Source of the DNA: Pseudomonadota bacterium
Lineage (GTDB): Bacteria; Pseudomonadota; Gammaproteobacteria; JAKAQQ01
DNA: 18,372 nucleotides
Reading direction: 5' to 3'
Assembly (NCBI GenBank): GCA_027320085.1
Contig: DAHVLZ010000020.1
Location: 1 to 18,372, forward strand
How positions within the stretch are numbered: the stretch's first letter is position 1; each line of letters starts with the position of its first letter. The notes beneath the pieces are model-generated. The model saw only the letters and a program-made list of their open reading frames with translations. It was not told the DNA's origin and ran no database searches. The translations under genes and the position numbers were made by a program. Below are positions 1 to 8,052 of the stretch, in pieces.

Positions 1-458
1 GTGCCAACGGTCACCGTTCCCACTACCGTGTCGGTGGCGGTATTGATCACCGAAACGGTGCTGCCACTGCCAGAGCCATAGTTTGCGACATAGGCCCGGC
101 TGCCGTCCGGACTCACCGCGACGCCAACGGGGCCTGTGCCAACGGTCACCGTCGCGACCACCGTGTCGGTGGCCGTGTCAATCACCGAAACGGTGCTGCC
201 ACTGCCAGAGCCAAAGTTTGCGACATAGACCCGGCTGCCGTCCGGACTCACCGCGACGCCATAGGGGTACTTGCCAACGGTCACCGTCGAGACCACCGCG
301 TTGGTGGCGGCGTCGATCACCGAAACGCTGCCGCTGCTTTCGTTTACGACATAGGCGGATGGGGCGGCCCCGGCCGTGCTGGCCATCAGGCCCGACAGCA
401 ACAGCAATACCACCAAGGGGAAAAGCCCCCGATACGGAGAAAATAGACGAGATTTCAT
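1..458 (-). CDS. YVTN/YncE-type beta-propeller repeat protein, paralogue A (5' part only, runs off the left edge)
   Basis: Not in the ORF track; translated by hand from ATG at 458 with GGAGG upstream: MKSRLFSPYRGLFPLVVLLLLSGLMASTAGAAPSAYVVNESSGSVSVIDAATNAVVSTVTVGKYPYGVAVSPDGSRVYVANFGSGSGSTVSVIDTATD... Signal peptide and blades are highly similar to 15279-17015. Confidence 0.93.
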   Translation of the reverse strand, partial: MKSRLFSPYRGLFPLVVLLLLSGLMASTAGAAPSAYVVNESSGSVSVIDAATNAVVSTVTVGKYPYGVAVSPDGSRVYVANFGSGSGSTVSVIDTATDTVVATVTVGTGPVGVAVSPDGSRAYVANYGSGSGSTVSVINTATDTVVGTVTVG

Positions 459-515
459 GTGCTTCCCCTCCCTTGATCTACTGGCTTGCAAGAGCCGGCT
501 TTCTTTCATTTTATG

Positions 516-557
516 ATCGTACCCCTTCCAGATCAGGGTCGAATTGACTCAAGTCAA
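516..557 (-). promoter_or_regulatory. Putative class II FNR/CRP-family promoter of paralogue A
   Basis: Perfect palindrome TTGAC-tcaa-GTCAA at 544-557 (FNR consensus is TTGAT-N4-ATCAA) and a minus-strand -10 TACGAT at 521-516. If that hexamer is -12..-7, the palindrome centre falls at -41.5. Confidence 0.6.
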
Positions 558-801
558 ATGGCGTCCGGCGGGCGAGGTCCAGGGTCGGCAGGCCGGGGTG
601 GAATCCCTGTCAACCCGGTTCTGAAAGGCGGCCTTTGATGGGGCGTGTCAACAAGAAGGAAGGCTTGGGTACCGCTTTGGAGAGCCTGAGGCGCGAATGG
701 ACACCGCCACCGGGGGATCCGGCGGCGGGCCGTCCTTTCGCGCTCGCGGCTCGCCGATCACTGACGGGCCCCCGAAGGCCGCTCCATCGCTTCCCCGGTC
801 A

Positions 802-816
802 TGGCACAGAACTCGC
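802..816 (+). promoter_or_regulatory. Possible sigma54 -24/-12 promoter
   Basis: TGGCACAGAACTCGC keeps GG-N10-GC and has one mismatch to TGGCAC-N5-TTGC; intergenic, upstream of the patatin gene. Confidence 0.35.
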
Positions 817-892
817 CCCGGCCCCCAGTCCTCCGGAGACCAAACACAAAGGGGACATCCCTGAATTCAGGATGATGCAGGCCGCCTGCATC

Positions 893-921
893 TTGTCCCC
901 CGGCCGATTGATTTTTAGTAT
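893..921 (+). promoter_or_regulatory. Possible sigma70 promoter of the patatin gene
   Basis: TTGTCC (893-898), 17-nt spacer, TAGTAT (916-921), in an AT-rich patch about 65 nt before the start codon. Confidence 0.35.
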
Positions 922-984
922 AGTCCGATCGTCGCCCCCCGCCTGGAGCCCGTCGATGCGTCTGCCGGTTGCGGCAATAAGCCG

Positions 985-2163
985 GTGACAGCCGGCCCCT
1001 CTCCCTCCCGTCTGGGGATCGTCCTGCCCGGCGGAGGAGCCCGTGCCGCCTATGAGGTGGGCGTGATCAAGGCCCTGGCGGAACTCTGGCCGGCCGGATT
1101 GCGCCCGCAACCGGATATCCTGGCCGGGACATCGGCCGGCGCCCTCAATGCCATCTTCCTCGCGAGTCGCATCGACGACCTCGGCCGGGGAGCCCGTGAG
1201 CTCGCGAAACTGTGGGGTTCCTTGACCGTGGATGCGGTCTATACGCACCACTGGCTCCAATCCTGGCGCCGGAACTGGCTGTCGCGCCGCAAGCCTCGAG
1301 AACCGTCCGCGGAATCCGGGGGCGGGGGCCGCCCGGTCGGGGCCCTCCTCGACAACACCCCCCTGCGCCACATTGTCGAGACCGCGGTGGACTGGCCGGC
1401 CATCGGGCGGCATATCCGGGAGCAGCGCCTTCATGGCGTGGCCATTACGGCCACCTCGTATACGGACAACCGGAGCGTGACCTTCTTCCAGGCTGCGGAA
1501 GAAATCGCGGGCTGGACCCGGGTGCGCCGGATCGGTGTGCCAACCCGCCTCACGGCAGACCACATCATGGCCTCGATCGCGTTGCCGGTCCTCTTTCCCT
1601 CGGTCCGCATCGACGGCCGCGACTTCGGGGACGGATCGCTCCTGCACCTCACTCCACTGGCTCCGGCACTGCATCTCGGCGCCGACCGGCTCCTCATTGT
1701 CGCGGTTCAAGCCCCTCCCCGGGAGATGACCGCACCCGCTTCCGATCCTCCTTCCTGGGTGACGATCGGCGGGTTCCTGTTCGATGCGCTCTTCGTCGAC
1801 GGGATCTATCTCGATCTCGAGCGTCTCGAACGGATCAATACAACCCTGCGACGCCTCGCCGTCCCGGGGGATGCACTGCTCCGTCCCATCGAGACCCTGG
1901 TCCTCACACCGAGCAGGGACCCCGCTTCCCTGGTGGTCCGTCACCGGGACCGGTTTTCGCGCTGGCTGCGCTGGCTCGTCCGTGAAACGGCCTCCTCCAG
2001 CTCTCCCGGCTACGCGTTCGAGAGCTACCTCCTGTTCGACGGGGGATACTGCCGGGACCTCATCGAACTGGGCTACACCGATACGCTGGGGCGGGCGGGG
2101 GAGATTCTCCGCTTCCTCGAACCGTGCCGGGCTGCGGAAGGCCCTGCCACGACGGCACATTAA
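985..2163 (+). CDS. Patatin-like phospholipase family protein
   Basis: Glycine-rich GGGARAAY motif, nucleophile elbow GTSAG, ASIALPVLFP and DG (FGDGSL) motifs in the expected order; 392 aa, GTG start. Confidence 0.93.
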   Translation: MTAGPSPSRLGIVLPGGGARAAYEVGVIKALAELWPAGLRPQPDILAGTSAGALNAIFLASRIDDLGRGARELAKLWGSLTVDAVYTHHWLQSWRRNWLSRRKPREPSAESGGGGRPVGALLDNTPLRHIVETAVDWPAIGRHIREQRLHGVAITATSYTDNRSVTFFQAAEEIAGWTRVRRIGVPTRLTADHIMASIALPVLFPSVRIDGRDFGDGSLLHLTPLAPALHLGADRLLIVAVQAPPREMTAPASDPPSWVTIGGFLFDALFVDGIYLDLERLERINTTLRRLAVPGDALLRPIETLVLTPSRDPASLVVRHRDRFSRWLRWLVRETASSSSPGYAFESYLLFDGGYCRDLIELGYTDTLGRAGEILRFLEPCRAAEGPATTAH

Positions 2164-2399
2164 CGAACCTCCGATTTACCCTCAGTGCCCAGATGCTGCG
2201 GGGCTCTTTCCTGCAGGCGGGGTTCAACCTCACGGACCCGCGGGCCCTGGAGGCACTCTACGACAGGGCCTCGATGCGGGAGTGTGTCGTCATCGAACCG
2301 GGCGAAGCAAGGGCCCCGGATGAGACCCCGGTCGGTAAGTCCTCCCGGCACCTTGCTCGGAGCGGCACCGGCTCGGCAAAAAGCTCCTCGAGAGGGTGA
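2164..2399 (+). pseudogene. Coding-like remnant or small ORF of unknown family
   Basis: Frame NLRFTLSAQMLRGSFLQAGFNLTDPRALEALYDRASMRECVVIEPGEA has strong G/C third-position bias like real genes here, but no convincing RBS/start. Confidence 0.3.
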
Positions 2400-2917
2400 A
2401 TCGCGCCTGGTGGCTCTCGGAATCAAGGTCATGCGCTCGCCGTGAGCCGCGTCTGGCAATGAATATGGAATATCAGCCCAAAAAACTACCGCAAAATCTG
2501 GTCGAGGCGGGCTGCCGGGCGACCCGAGCCCGCCCGCCTCGGAAAGATCGATCCGGGTCGGGATAATGAGCAAGTCTGACGGAACGGTTGCAACCCATCC
2601 TGCCACAAGCCGACCGATGCCCACCGGCACCTTCGCAGGCACGCCGACTGCGAATCCGGCTCCTTTGAGCCAGCGCCTCCGCAACCAGCAACATCGGCGC
2701 CGGGGTCGAGGGGTGGGCTTGCCCGGGGCCACCGCATGACCGTCAAGACCACCGGAGGCGCTCGCGAGCGCAGGTTCCTCCTGCACGAGGTCTTGGAGAT
2801 GAAAACGGCGTGTCACTACCGGACGAGAGGAGGCCTTGTTGTTTAGAAAACAAGCCCCGACACCTCTTCGCCAGACCATAGGGCCGGATGAGCCATGGGG
2901 ATGTTCAGCGCGATTGT

Positions 2918-3847
2918 CTACCGCTTGTTCTGGGACTCCGGATCCAGCTTGAGGTGGCGCACGAGGGTCGGGCGCGGCACTGCGTCAAAAAACCGGGCCA
3001 GTGCCTCGGAGACATAGACCGAGCGGTGCCGCCCCCCAGTGCAGCCGATGGCCACCGTGAAATAACTGCGGTTCTGGGTCTCGTAGGCCGGAAGCCACTT
3101 GCTGACCAGCCGGGCAATGTCCTGGACGAACTCGTGCGTCTCACCGAAGCGCTCGAGAAAATCGCGCACCATGGGATCGTTCCCGTTGCAGGCCCGCAGT
3201 CCGGCCTCCCAGTAGGGGTTGGGCAGGCAGCGCGCATCGAAGACCAGGTCGGCATCGAGCGGCACGCCGTCCCGGTAGGCGAAGGATTCGAAGAGGAGGA
3301 CGAGGGATCCGCCGCCGTGCCGGGCGACCCGGTCCCTGACCTCTGACCGCAGTTCGTGAACCGTCTTGCGGCTGGTGTCGATCACGAGGTCGGCCTGTTC
3401 CGACAGGGGGGCGAGAAGATCCCGCTCCTGCCGGATGGCATCGAGCAGCGAGGTGCCGCCTCCGGTGAGCGGATGGCGCCTGCGGGTCTCGCTGTAGCGC
3501 CGGATGAGCACGTCTTCGGCCGTATGAAGGAACACCACGAGCGCAGTGACCCCCCGCTCCCGCAACCTCTGGCACTGTTCCACCACCGGCTTGAGGTCGA
3601 GGTCGTGACTGCGCGCGTCGATGCCCACCGCGAGGCGGTGGTAGAGCGGTTTGTGGCTCATCAGGGTCTTTACGATGACGTTTTCGAGCAGGTCAGGCGG
3701 CAGGTTGTCAATGCAGTAGAAGTCGGCGTCCTCGAGTTCGTGCAGGGCGACGGACTTGCCGGATCCGGACTGGCCGCTCAGGACAACCAGTCGGGGCGGA
3801 TCCTCCGAAGGGGGGGGGTTGACCGGTCGTTCAGCGCCCATGGACAT
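2918..3847 (-). CDS. rapZ: RNase adapter protein RapZ (YhbJ), P-loop NTPase
   Basis: Walker A SGQSGSGKS, YCIDNLP, RRYSETRRRHPL, DARCLPNPYW, GCTGGRHRSV. Start reassigned to ATG 3847 (or 3841), overlapping the hpf stop, because the ORF-track extension lies inside hpf. Confidence 0.96.
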   Translation of the reverse strand: MSMGAERPVNPPPSEDPPRLVVLSGQSGSGKSVALHELEDADFYCIDNLPPDLLENVIVKTLMSHKPLYHRLAVGIDARSHDLDLKPVVEQCQRLRERGVTALVVFLHTAEDVLIRRYSETRRRHPLTGGGTSLLDAIRQERDLLAPLSEQADLVIDTSRKTVHELRSEVRDRVARHGGGSLVLLFESFAYRDGVPLDADLVFDARCLPNPYWEAGLRACNGNDPMVRDFLERFGETHEFVQDIARLVSKWLPAYETQNRSYFTVAIGCTGGRHRSVYVSEALARFFDAVPRPTLVRHLKLDPESQNKR

Positions 3848-4130
3848 GGTGATTCGTGCGCTTTTCCTTGTCGCGGCAAAGCTGGGCGGAAAGCTTGTCG
3901 GCGAGCTCGTCGATTGCGGCGTAAAGGTCGTCCGCCGTGGCGTCACAGTGGAAGGTATGCCCCCGATTGTGGCCGGTCGCCTCGGCCTTGTGTGTCTTCT
4001 TCTCGACCCGGAGCACCACGTGAAGATCCGTAAGCGGTTCATAGTGTTCGAGCCGGCTCATCTTGTCCTCGGCATAGCGACGCAGGGCCGGGGTGAGTTC
4101 AAGCTGGTGTCCGCTTACAGTGATCTGCAT
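3831..4130 (-). CDS. hpf: Ribosome hibernation promoting factor (HPF/RaiA family, sigma54 modulation protein)
   Basis: MQITVSGHQLELTPALRRY...DDLYAAID..ADKL..QL...KEK; 99 aa directly downstream of rpoN. Confidence 0.95.
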   Translation of the reverse strand: MQITVSGHQLELTPALRRYAEDKMSRLEHYEPLTDLHVVLRVEKKTHKAEATGHNRGHTFHCDATADDLYAAIDELADKLSAQLCRDKEKRTNHHVHGR

Positions 4131-4144
4131 GGGTCAATCTCCGG

Positions 4145-5611
4145 TCAGGGGGAAGGCGTCTTCAGGCGTTCGCGAAACGGGGGGAAACCGAGCGACTCGC
4201 GATACTTGGCGACCGTCCGTCGTGCGATCATGATACCCTCCTGGGCGAGGCGGTGAGCCAGATGATCGTCCGTGGCCGGATGGGCCGGATCCTCGGTTTC
4301 GAGCCAGGCCCGGAGCCGGGCCCGGACCGCGGCGGCGGAGGTCTCGGGGCCGGTCTCCGTGGCCAGCGGAACCGAGAACAGGCGCCTCAGGGCCATGAGT
4401 CCGCGCGGAGTCGCGAGGTACTTGCCGTGGACGAGGCGGGAGACCGTGGTTTCATGGAGTCCGACCACCGCGGCGATCTGCCGGAGGCTCAAGGGGCGAA
4501 GTGCCGTCTCGCCGTCCGTGAAAAAAGCCTCCTGATGGTCGACCACGGCCTGGGCCAGGCGAACCAGGGATTGGTTGCGCAGCTCGAGTCCCCGGATCAG
4601 CCAGCGGGCTTCCCGCATCTGGGTCCGGAGGGCCTGGTGGCGGTGCGCCGGATCCTTGAACCAGCTGTGCAGGGCCGGATCGAGCCGGAGCTGGGGCAGG
4701 TTCCGGGCCTCCAGGCTCACGACCCAGCGACCGGGATCCGGGCAGCGGGCAACCCGGAGGTCCGGGACGACGTAGTCGGCCATCTCCGGGCTCCGGAGAT
4801 AGCCATCGGCCGGACGGGGCTTCAAGGAACGGATCAGGGCCCAGGCGGCTTCGAGGTCCTTGATCGGGACGGCGAGCCTGCGGGCCACGCCCACCCGCGC
4901 GCCTTGAGACAGGGATTCGGGATCTTCCGTGAGCCAGCGCAGGGCCAGGGCATGTCCCGGTGTGTCGGAAGGCAAGAGCTCGACCTGCACCTTGAGGCAC
5001 TCGACCAGGGTCCGCGAGCCCACGCCGGCCGGATCGAGCGACTGGACGCGCCTGCGGACGGACTCGATTTCGGAGGGCTGGACGGTGAATCCGGCCGCAA
5101 GGCCCGACTGGATCTCCTCATCCGAGAGCGTGAGATAGCCACTCGCCTCGTCGATCCCTTCCACCACCGCCCAGGCGATGGCCCGTTCCCGCGGATCCAG
5201 GGTGGTGAGGTCAAGTTGCCAGAGCAGGTAGTCGATCAGGGTTTCGCGCTGGGGGATTTCGGTCTCCCCCCCCGGGTGCGGGCGGGACGACCGGGCTTCG
5301 GGGAACCAGTCCTCCTCCCCTGGCGCCGGAAGCTCGGGGCCGCCCTCCCCGCTGCTCTCGCCGGCCGCGGGCCGGTCCGGGGCGGGATCCGCAGTCGCTG
5401 CGGGCTCTTCGGGTCCGGACCCTTCCGGGACCCCGTCCAGGGTGGCGGGTGTTTCCAGAACCTCGAGCAAGACGTTCGTTTGGGCCAGCGTCCTCAGGTG
5501 CTGGGTCAACTCGAGGGCCGAGAGCGGCAGGAGCGCCATCATCTGCCTGAGCTCGGGGCTCAGGGTGAGACGGGTTGCGAGGTGTGGCGAGAGACCGGGA
5601 CTCGTTTTCAA
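4145..5611 (-). CDS. rpoN: RNA polymerase sigma-54 factor
   Basis: RpoN box ARRTVAKYRE, HTH LHETTVSR, DPAGVGSRTLVECL; TTG start; located after lptB. Confidence 0.97.
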   Translation of the reverse strand: MKTSPGLSPHLATRLTLSPELRQMMALLPLSALELTQHLRTLAQTNVLLEVLETPATLDGVPEGSGPEEPAATADPAPDRPAAGESSGEGGPELPAPGEEDWFPEARSSRPHPGGETEIPQRETLIDYLLWQLDLTTLDPRERAIAWAVVEGIDEASGYLTLSDEEIQSGLAAGFTVQPSEIESVRRRVQSLDPAGVGSRTLVECLKVQVELLPSDTPGHALALRWLTEDPESLSQGARVGVARRLAVPIKDLEAAWALIRSLKPRPADGYLRSPEMADYVVPDLRVARCPDPGRWVVSLEARNLPQLRLDPALHSWFKDPAHRHQALRTQMREARWLIRGLELRNQSLVRLAQAVVDHQEAFFTDGETALRPLSLRQIAAVVGLHETTVSRLVHGKYLATPRGLMALRRLFSVPLATETGPETSAAAVRARLRAWLETEDPAHPATDDHLAHRLAQEGIMIARRTVAKYRESLGFPPFRERLKTPSP

Positions 5612-5655
5612 GGGGCGGGCTGGAGGGGGTTCGTCCCTGATTCTAAGCCCATGGC

Positions 5656-6381
5656 TCAGAGCTGGAAATGCTCCCCGAGATAGACCCGCCGGACCTCCGG
5701 ATTCTCGAGAATTTCCCGGGATGGGCCCTGGGCGATGACCCGTCCCCCGTTGAGGATGTAGGCGCGCTGGCAGATGCCGAGCGTCTCGCGTACGTTGTGG
5801 TCGGTGATGAGGATGCCGATCCCGAGACTCGTCAGGTGCTGGATGATGCGCTGGATGTCGAGGAGGGACAAGGGATCGACACCCGCGAAGGGCTCGTCCA
5901 GGAGCATGAACTTCGGATTGACCGCGAGCGCCCGCGCAATTTCGACCCGGCGGCGCTCACCGCCGGACAGGCTCATGCCCAGATGGTGGGAGAGATGCCC
6001 GACATGCAGTTCCTCGAGCAGGGTGAGCAGCCGCTGGTTGCGTTCACTCGCGGAAAGCTCCGTCCGGAGCTCGAGGACGGCCCGCAGGTTTTCCTCGACG
6101 GTGAGTTTCCGGAAGATGGAGGCCTCCTGCGGCAGATAGCCCAGGCCCAGCCGGGATCGCTCGTGGATCGGCAGGTGGGTCAGATCGCGCTGGTTGAGCT
6201 GGATGTGCCCGTGGTCCGGGCGGATCAGGCCGACCAGCATGTAAAAGGTCGTGGTCTTGCCGGCCCCGTTCGGTCCGAGCAGCCCGACCACCTCCCCACT
6301 CGTCACCTCGAGATCGACCGTCTCGACGACCGGGCGGCGCCGGTACCGCTTCGAAAGCCCGTGGGCGGTGAGACGGTTCAA
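5656..6381 (-). CDS. lptB: LPS export ABC transporter ATP-binding protein LptB
   Basis: [62 protein letters not shown]; 241 aa. Confidence 0.98.
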   Translation of the reverse strand: MNRLTAHGLSKRYRRRPVVETVDLEVTSGEVVGLLGPNGAGKTTTFYMLVGLIRPDHGHIQLNQRDLTHLPIHERSRLGLGYLPQEASIFRKLTVEENLRAVLELRTELSASERNQRLLTLLEELHVGHLSHHLGMSLSGGERRRVEIARALAVNPKFMLLDEPFAGVDPLSLLDIQRIIQHLTSLGIGILITDHNVRETLGICQRAYILNGGRVIAQGPSREILENPEVRRVYLGEHFQL

Positions 6382-6956
6382 TGCCGCGGGGGATGATGGG
6401 GAGGATGATGGGGATGGCGAGCCTCCGGGACCACGATCGAGACCCGTTTTCCGCCCGGTGCCTGGAAGGCCTCGACGGTGGCCGTGGTGCGGTCGTAGAC
6501 AATCCGGTGGGCCTGCACATGTTCCGTGCCGCGAGTGAGCGAGGCCCGGCCGGTCAGGGTGTAGGTATTCGAGACTGCCCGGTAGACGATCTGGAGCGCG
6601 TGACCCCGGGTGATCGGCCCCTGGGGCGGTTTCTGCACGAAATGGGCGGGTTGCCCCCAGGCCGTGGCCTGGACGAGTCCGCCTCCCGGCGACAGCTGCA
6701 TGCGGACCCGGTCCGCATGCAGGATGACATCGCCCTGGCTCAACAGGACATGGCCGGTGAACAACTCCTCACTGGGCTTGCCCTTGGGTCCCGTCACGTT
6801 GAGACGCTGGGCACGAACGTGGATGGGCAGGCTGCCCCCTCCCGGGTGAACCGGCGGGGTGGCGAAAGCCGGTGCCGCAAAAATCACGCACAGGGGGAGC
6901 AGGAGCAGGGGGTGCCGGGTCGCGGAAGCTCCCCGTCGGGTCGGTGGGCCACTCAT
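6378..6956 (-). CDS. lptA: LPS transport periplasmic protein LptA
   Basis: Signal peptide ending PAFA, then [39 protein letters not shown]. Start set at ATG 6956, which overlaps the lptC stop (ATGA); synteny agrees. Confidence 0.9.
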   Translation of the reverse strand: MSGPPTRRGASATRHPLLLLPLCVIFAAPAFATPPVHPGGGSLPIHVRAQRLNVTGPKGKPSEELFTGHVLLSQGDVILHADRVRMQLSPGGGLVQATAWGQPAHFVQKPPQGPITRGHALQIVYRAVSNTYTLTGRASLTRGTEHVQAHRIVYDRTTATVEAFQAPGGKRVSIVVPEARHPHHPPHHPPRH

Positions 6957-7558
6957 GTGGAGGATGCCTTGGGTTTCAGGGGAGTCCGCCGATGCGCAAC
7001 CGGGACAAGAAGGCCCCGCACCTGCGAGTGCAGGGTGAGCAGGCGCCGATCGAGATCGAGACTGAAGCCGGTACCGGCCAAGTGCCCCTTCCCTTCGAAC
7101 AAGGTCACCCGGTGCGTACTTTCCGCCCGGTGGGTCCTGAGAAAGACGGTGAGTCGGGAGGTCGAGAGCCAAAGCGGGGGATGATGCGGCGTGGGGAGTT
7201 GCCGGGCCCGGACGTGGTGCCAGAGCTCGAGCCGGTTATCGATCGCGTTGAGCAGGCCATGCCCGGCCCGGACGTGCCAGCGGGCGTTGTGCCCGGGGCG
7301 GTCATCCATGAGGTGGGGTTGGGTGAGCGCATAGAGTCCGGGCACGGAAAGATGTTCGATCAAAAGCGCACGCACCCGGTAGACGATCCGGCCGTTGCGG
7401 TTCCAGTGCTGGAGGGTCGCCTTCGTCATGAAATAGCGGGGTGGCTCGGGTCCGGTGGTGGGACTCCGGGCCCGTGAACGGACCTCGCCGAGCAACCAGA
7501 AACTCGAGCCGGTGAGGACGAGCAGGAGCAGGGTGGCGAACAGGCGACGAGGGTTCAC
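6953..7558 (-). CDS. lptC: LPS export protein LptC
   Basis: N-terminal TM helix RRLFATLLLLVLTGSSFWLL followed by a beta-rich domain ending LHSQVRG. GTG start at 7558 overlaps the kdsC stop (GTGA); lies between kdsC and lptA. Confidence 0.88.
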   Translation of the reverse strand: MNPRRLFATLLLLVLTGSSFWLLGEVRSRARSPTTGPEPPRYFMTKATLQHWNRNGRIVYRVRALLIEHLSVPGLYALTQPHLMDDRPGHNARWHVRAGHGLLNAIDNRLELWHHVRARQLPTPHHPPLWLSTSRLTVFLRTHRAESTHRVTLFEGKGHLAGTGFSLDLDRRLLTLHSQVRGLLVPVAHRRTPLKPKASST

Positions 7559-8052
7559 ACCGGGCTCCGGGCCGCGAGCAGGAGATCGGCCACCTCCCGG
7601 ACGGCGCCGTGGCCGCCGGGGGCCCGGGTGACGTAGTCGGCTGCCTGGAGCAGCGAGGGATGGGCATCGGCGACCGCGAGCCGGACGGCGGCTCCGGCAA
7701 ACAGCGCAAGGTCCGGTTCGTCGTCGCCGAGGGCCGCGGTTTCCGCAACCCCGCACCCGAGGGCGGACTGGAGGCCCGCCAGGGTGGCCCCCTTGTCCTC
7801 GACCGACTGGTGGAGATGGGGGATGCCCAGGGCCCGAACCCGGCCGGCCAGTGCCCCGGAACTTCGCCCGCTGATCACGGCCAGGAGGAAGCCCGCCTCG
7901 ATGAGCCGGCGGATCCCCCAGCCATCACGGACGTGAAAGGCCAGGCTGGTTTCCCCACGGTCGCTCCAGTAGATCTGCCCATCGGTCAGTACGCCGTCCG
8001 CGTCCAGGACGAGGAGACGGATCGGGGCCAGGGCCACTCTCAAGGGATCCAC
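7555..8052 (-). CDS. kdsC: KDO 8-phosphate phosphatase (HAD family)
   Basis: LVLDADGVLTDG, FHVRDG, ISGR, GDDEPD, GGHGAVRE motifs; follows kdsD. Confidence 0.94.
   Translation of the reverse strand: MDPLRVALAPIRLLVLDADGVLTDGQIYWSDRGETSLAFHVRDGWGIRRLIEAGFLLAVISGRSSGALAGRVRALGIPHLHQSVEDKGATLAGLQSALGCGVAETAALGDDEPDLALFAGAAVRLAVADAHPSLLQAADYVTRAPGGHGAVREVADLLLAARSPV

Noticed and set aside
83-547. Plus-strand ORF with Cys/Arg-rich repeats (RHRPGCRPDSPRR)
   Set aside because: It is the antisense reading of the propeller repeats of paralogue A.
2160-2879. 239-aa minus-strand ORF downstream of rapZ as a possible npr/HPr gene
   Set aside because: No GLHAR or other HPr motif, atypical composition and no clear RBS; the overlapping small ORFs are equally unconvincing.
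3809-3818. G homopolymer near the rapZ 5' end as a phase-variation tract
   Set aside because: It encodes an in-frame Pro run in a housekeeping gene, and nothing in the sequence indicates slippage.
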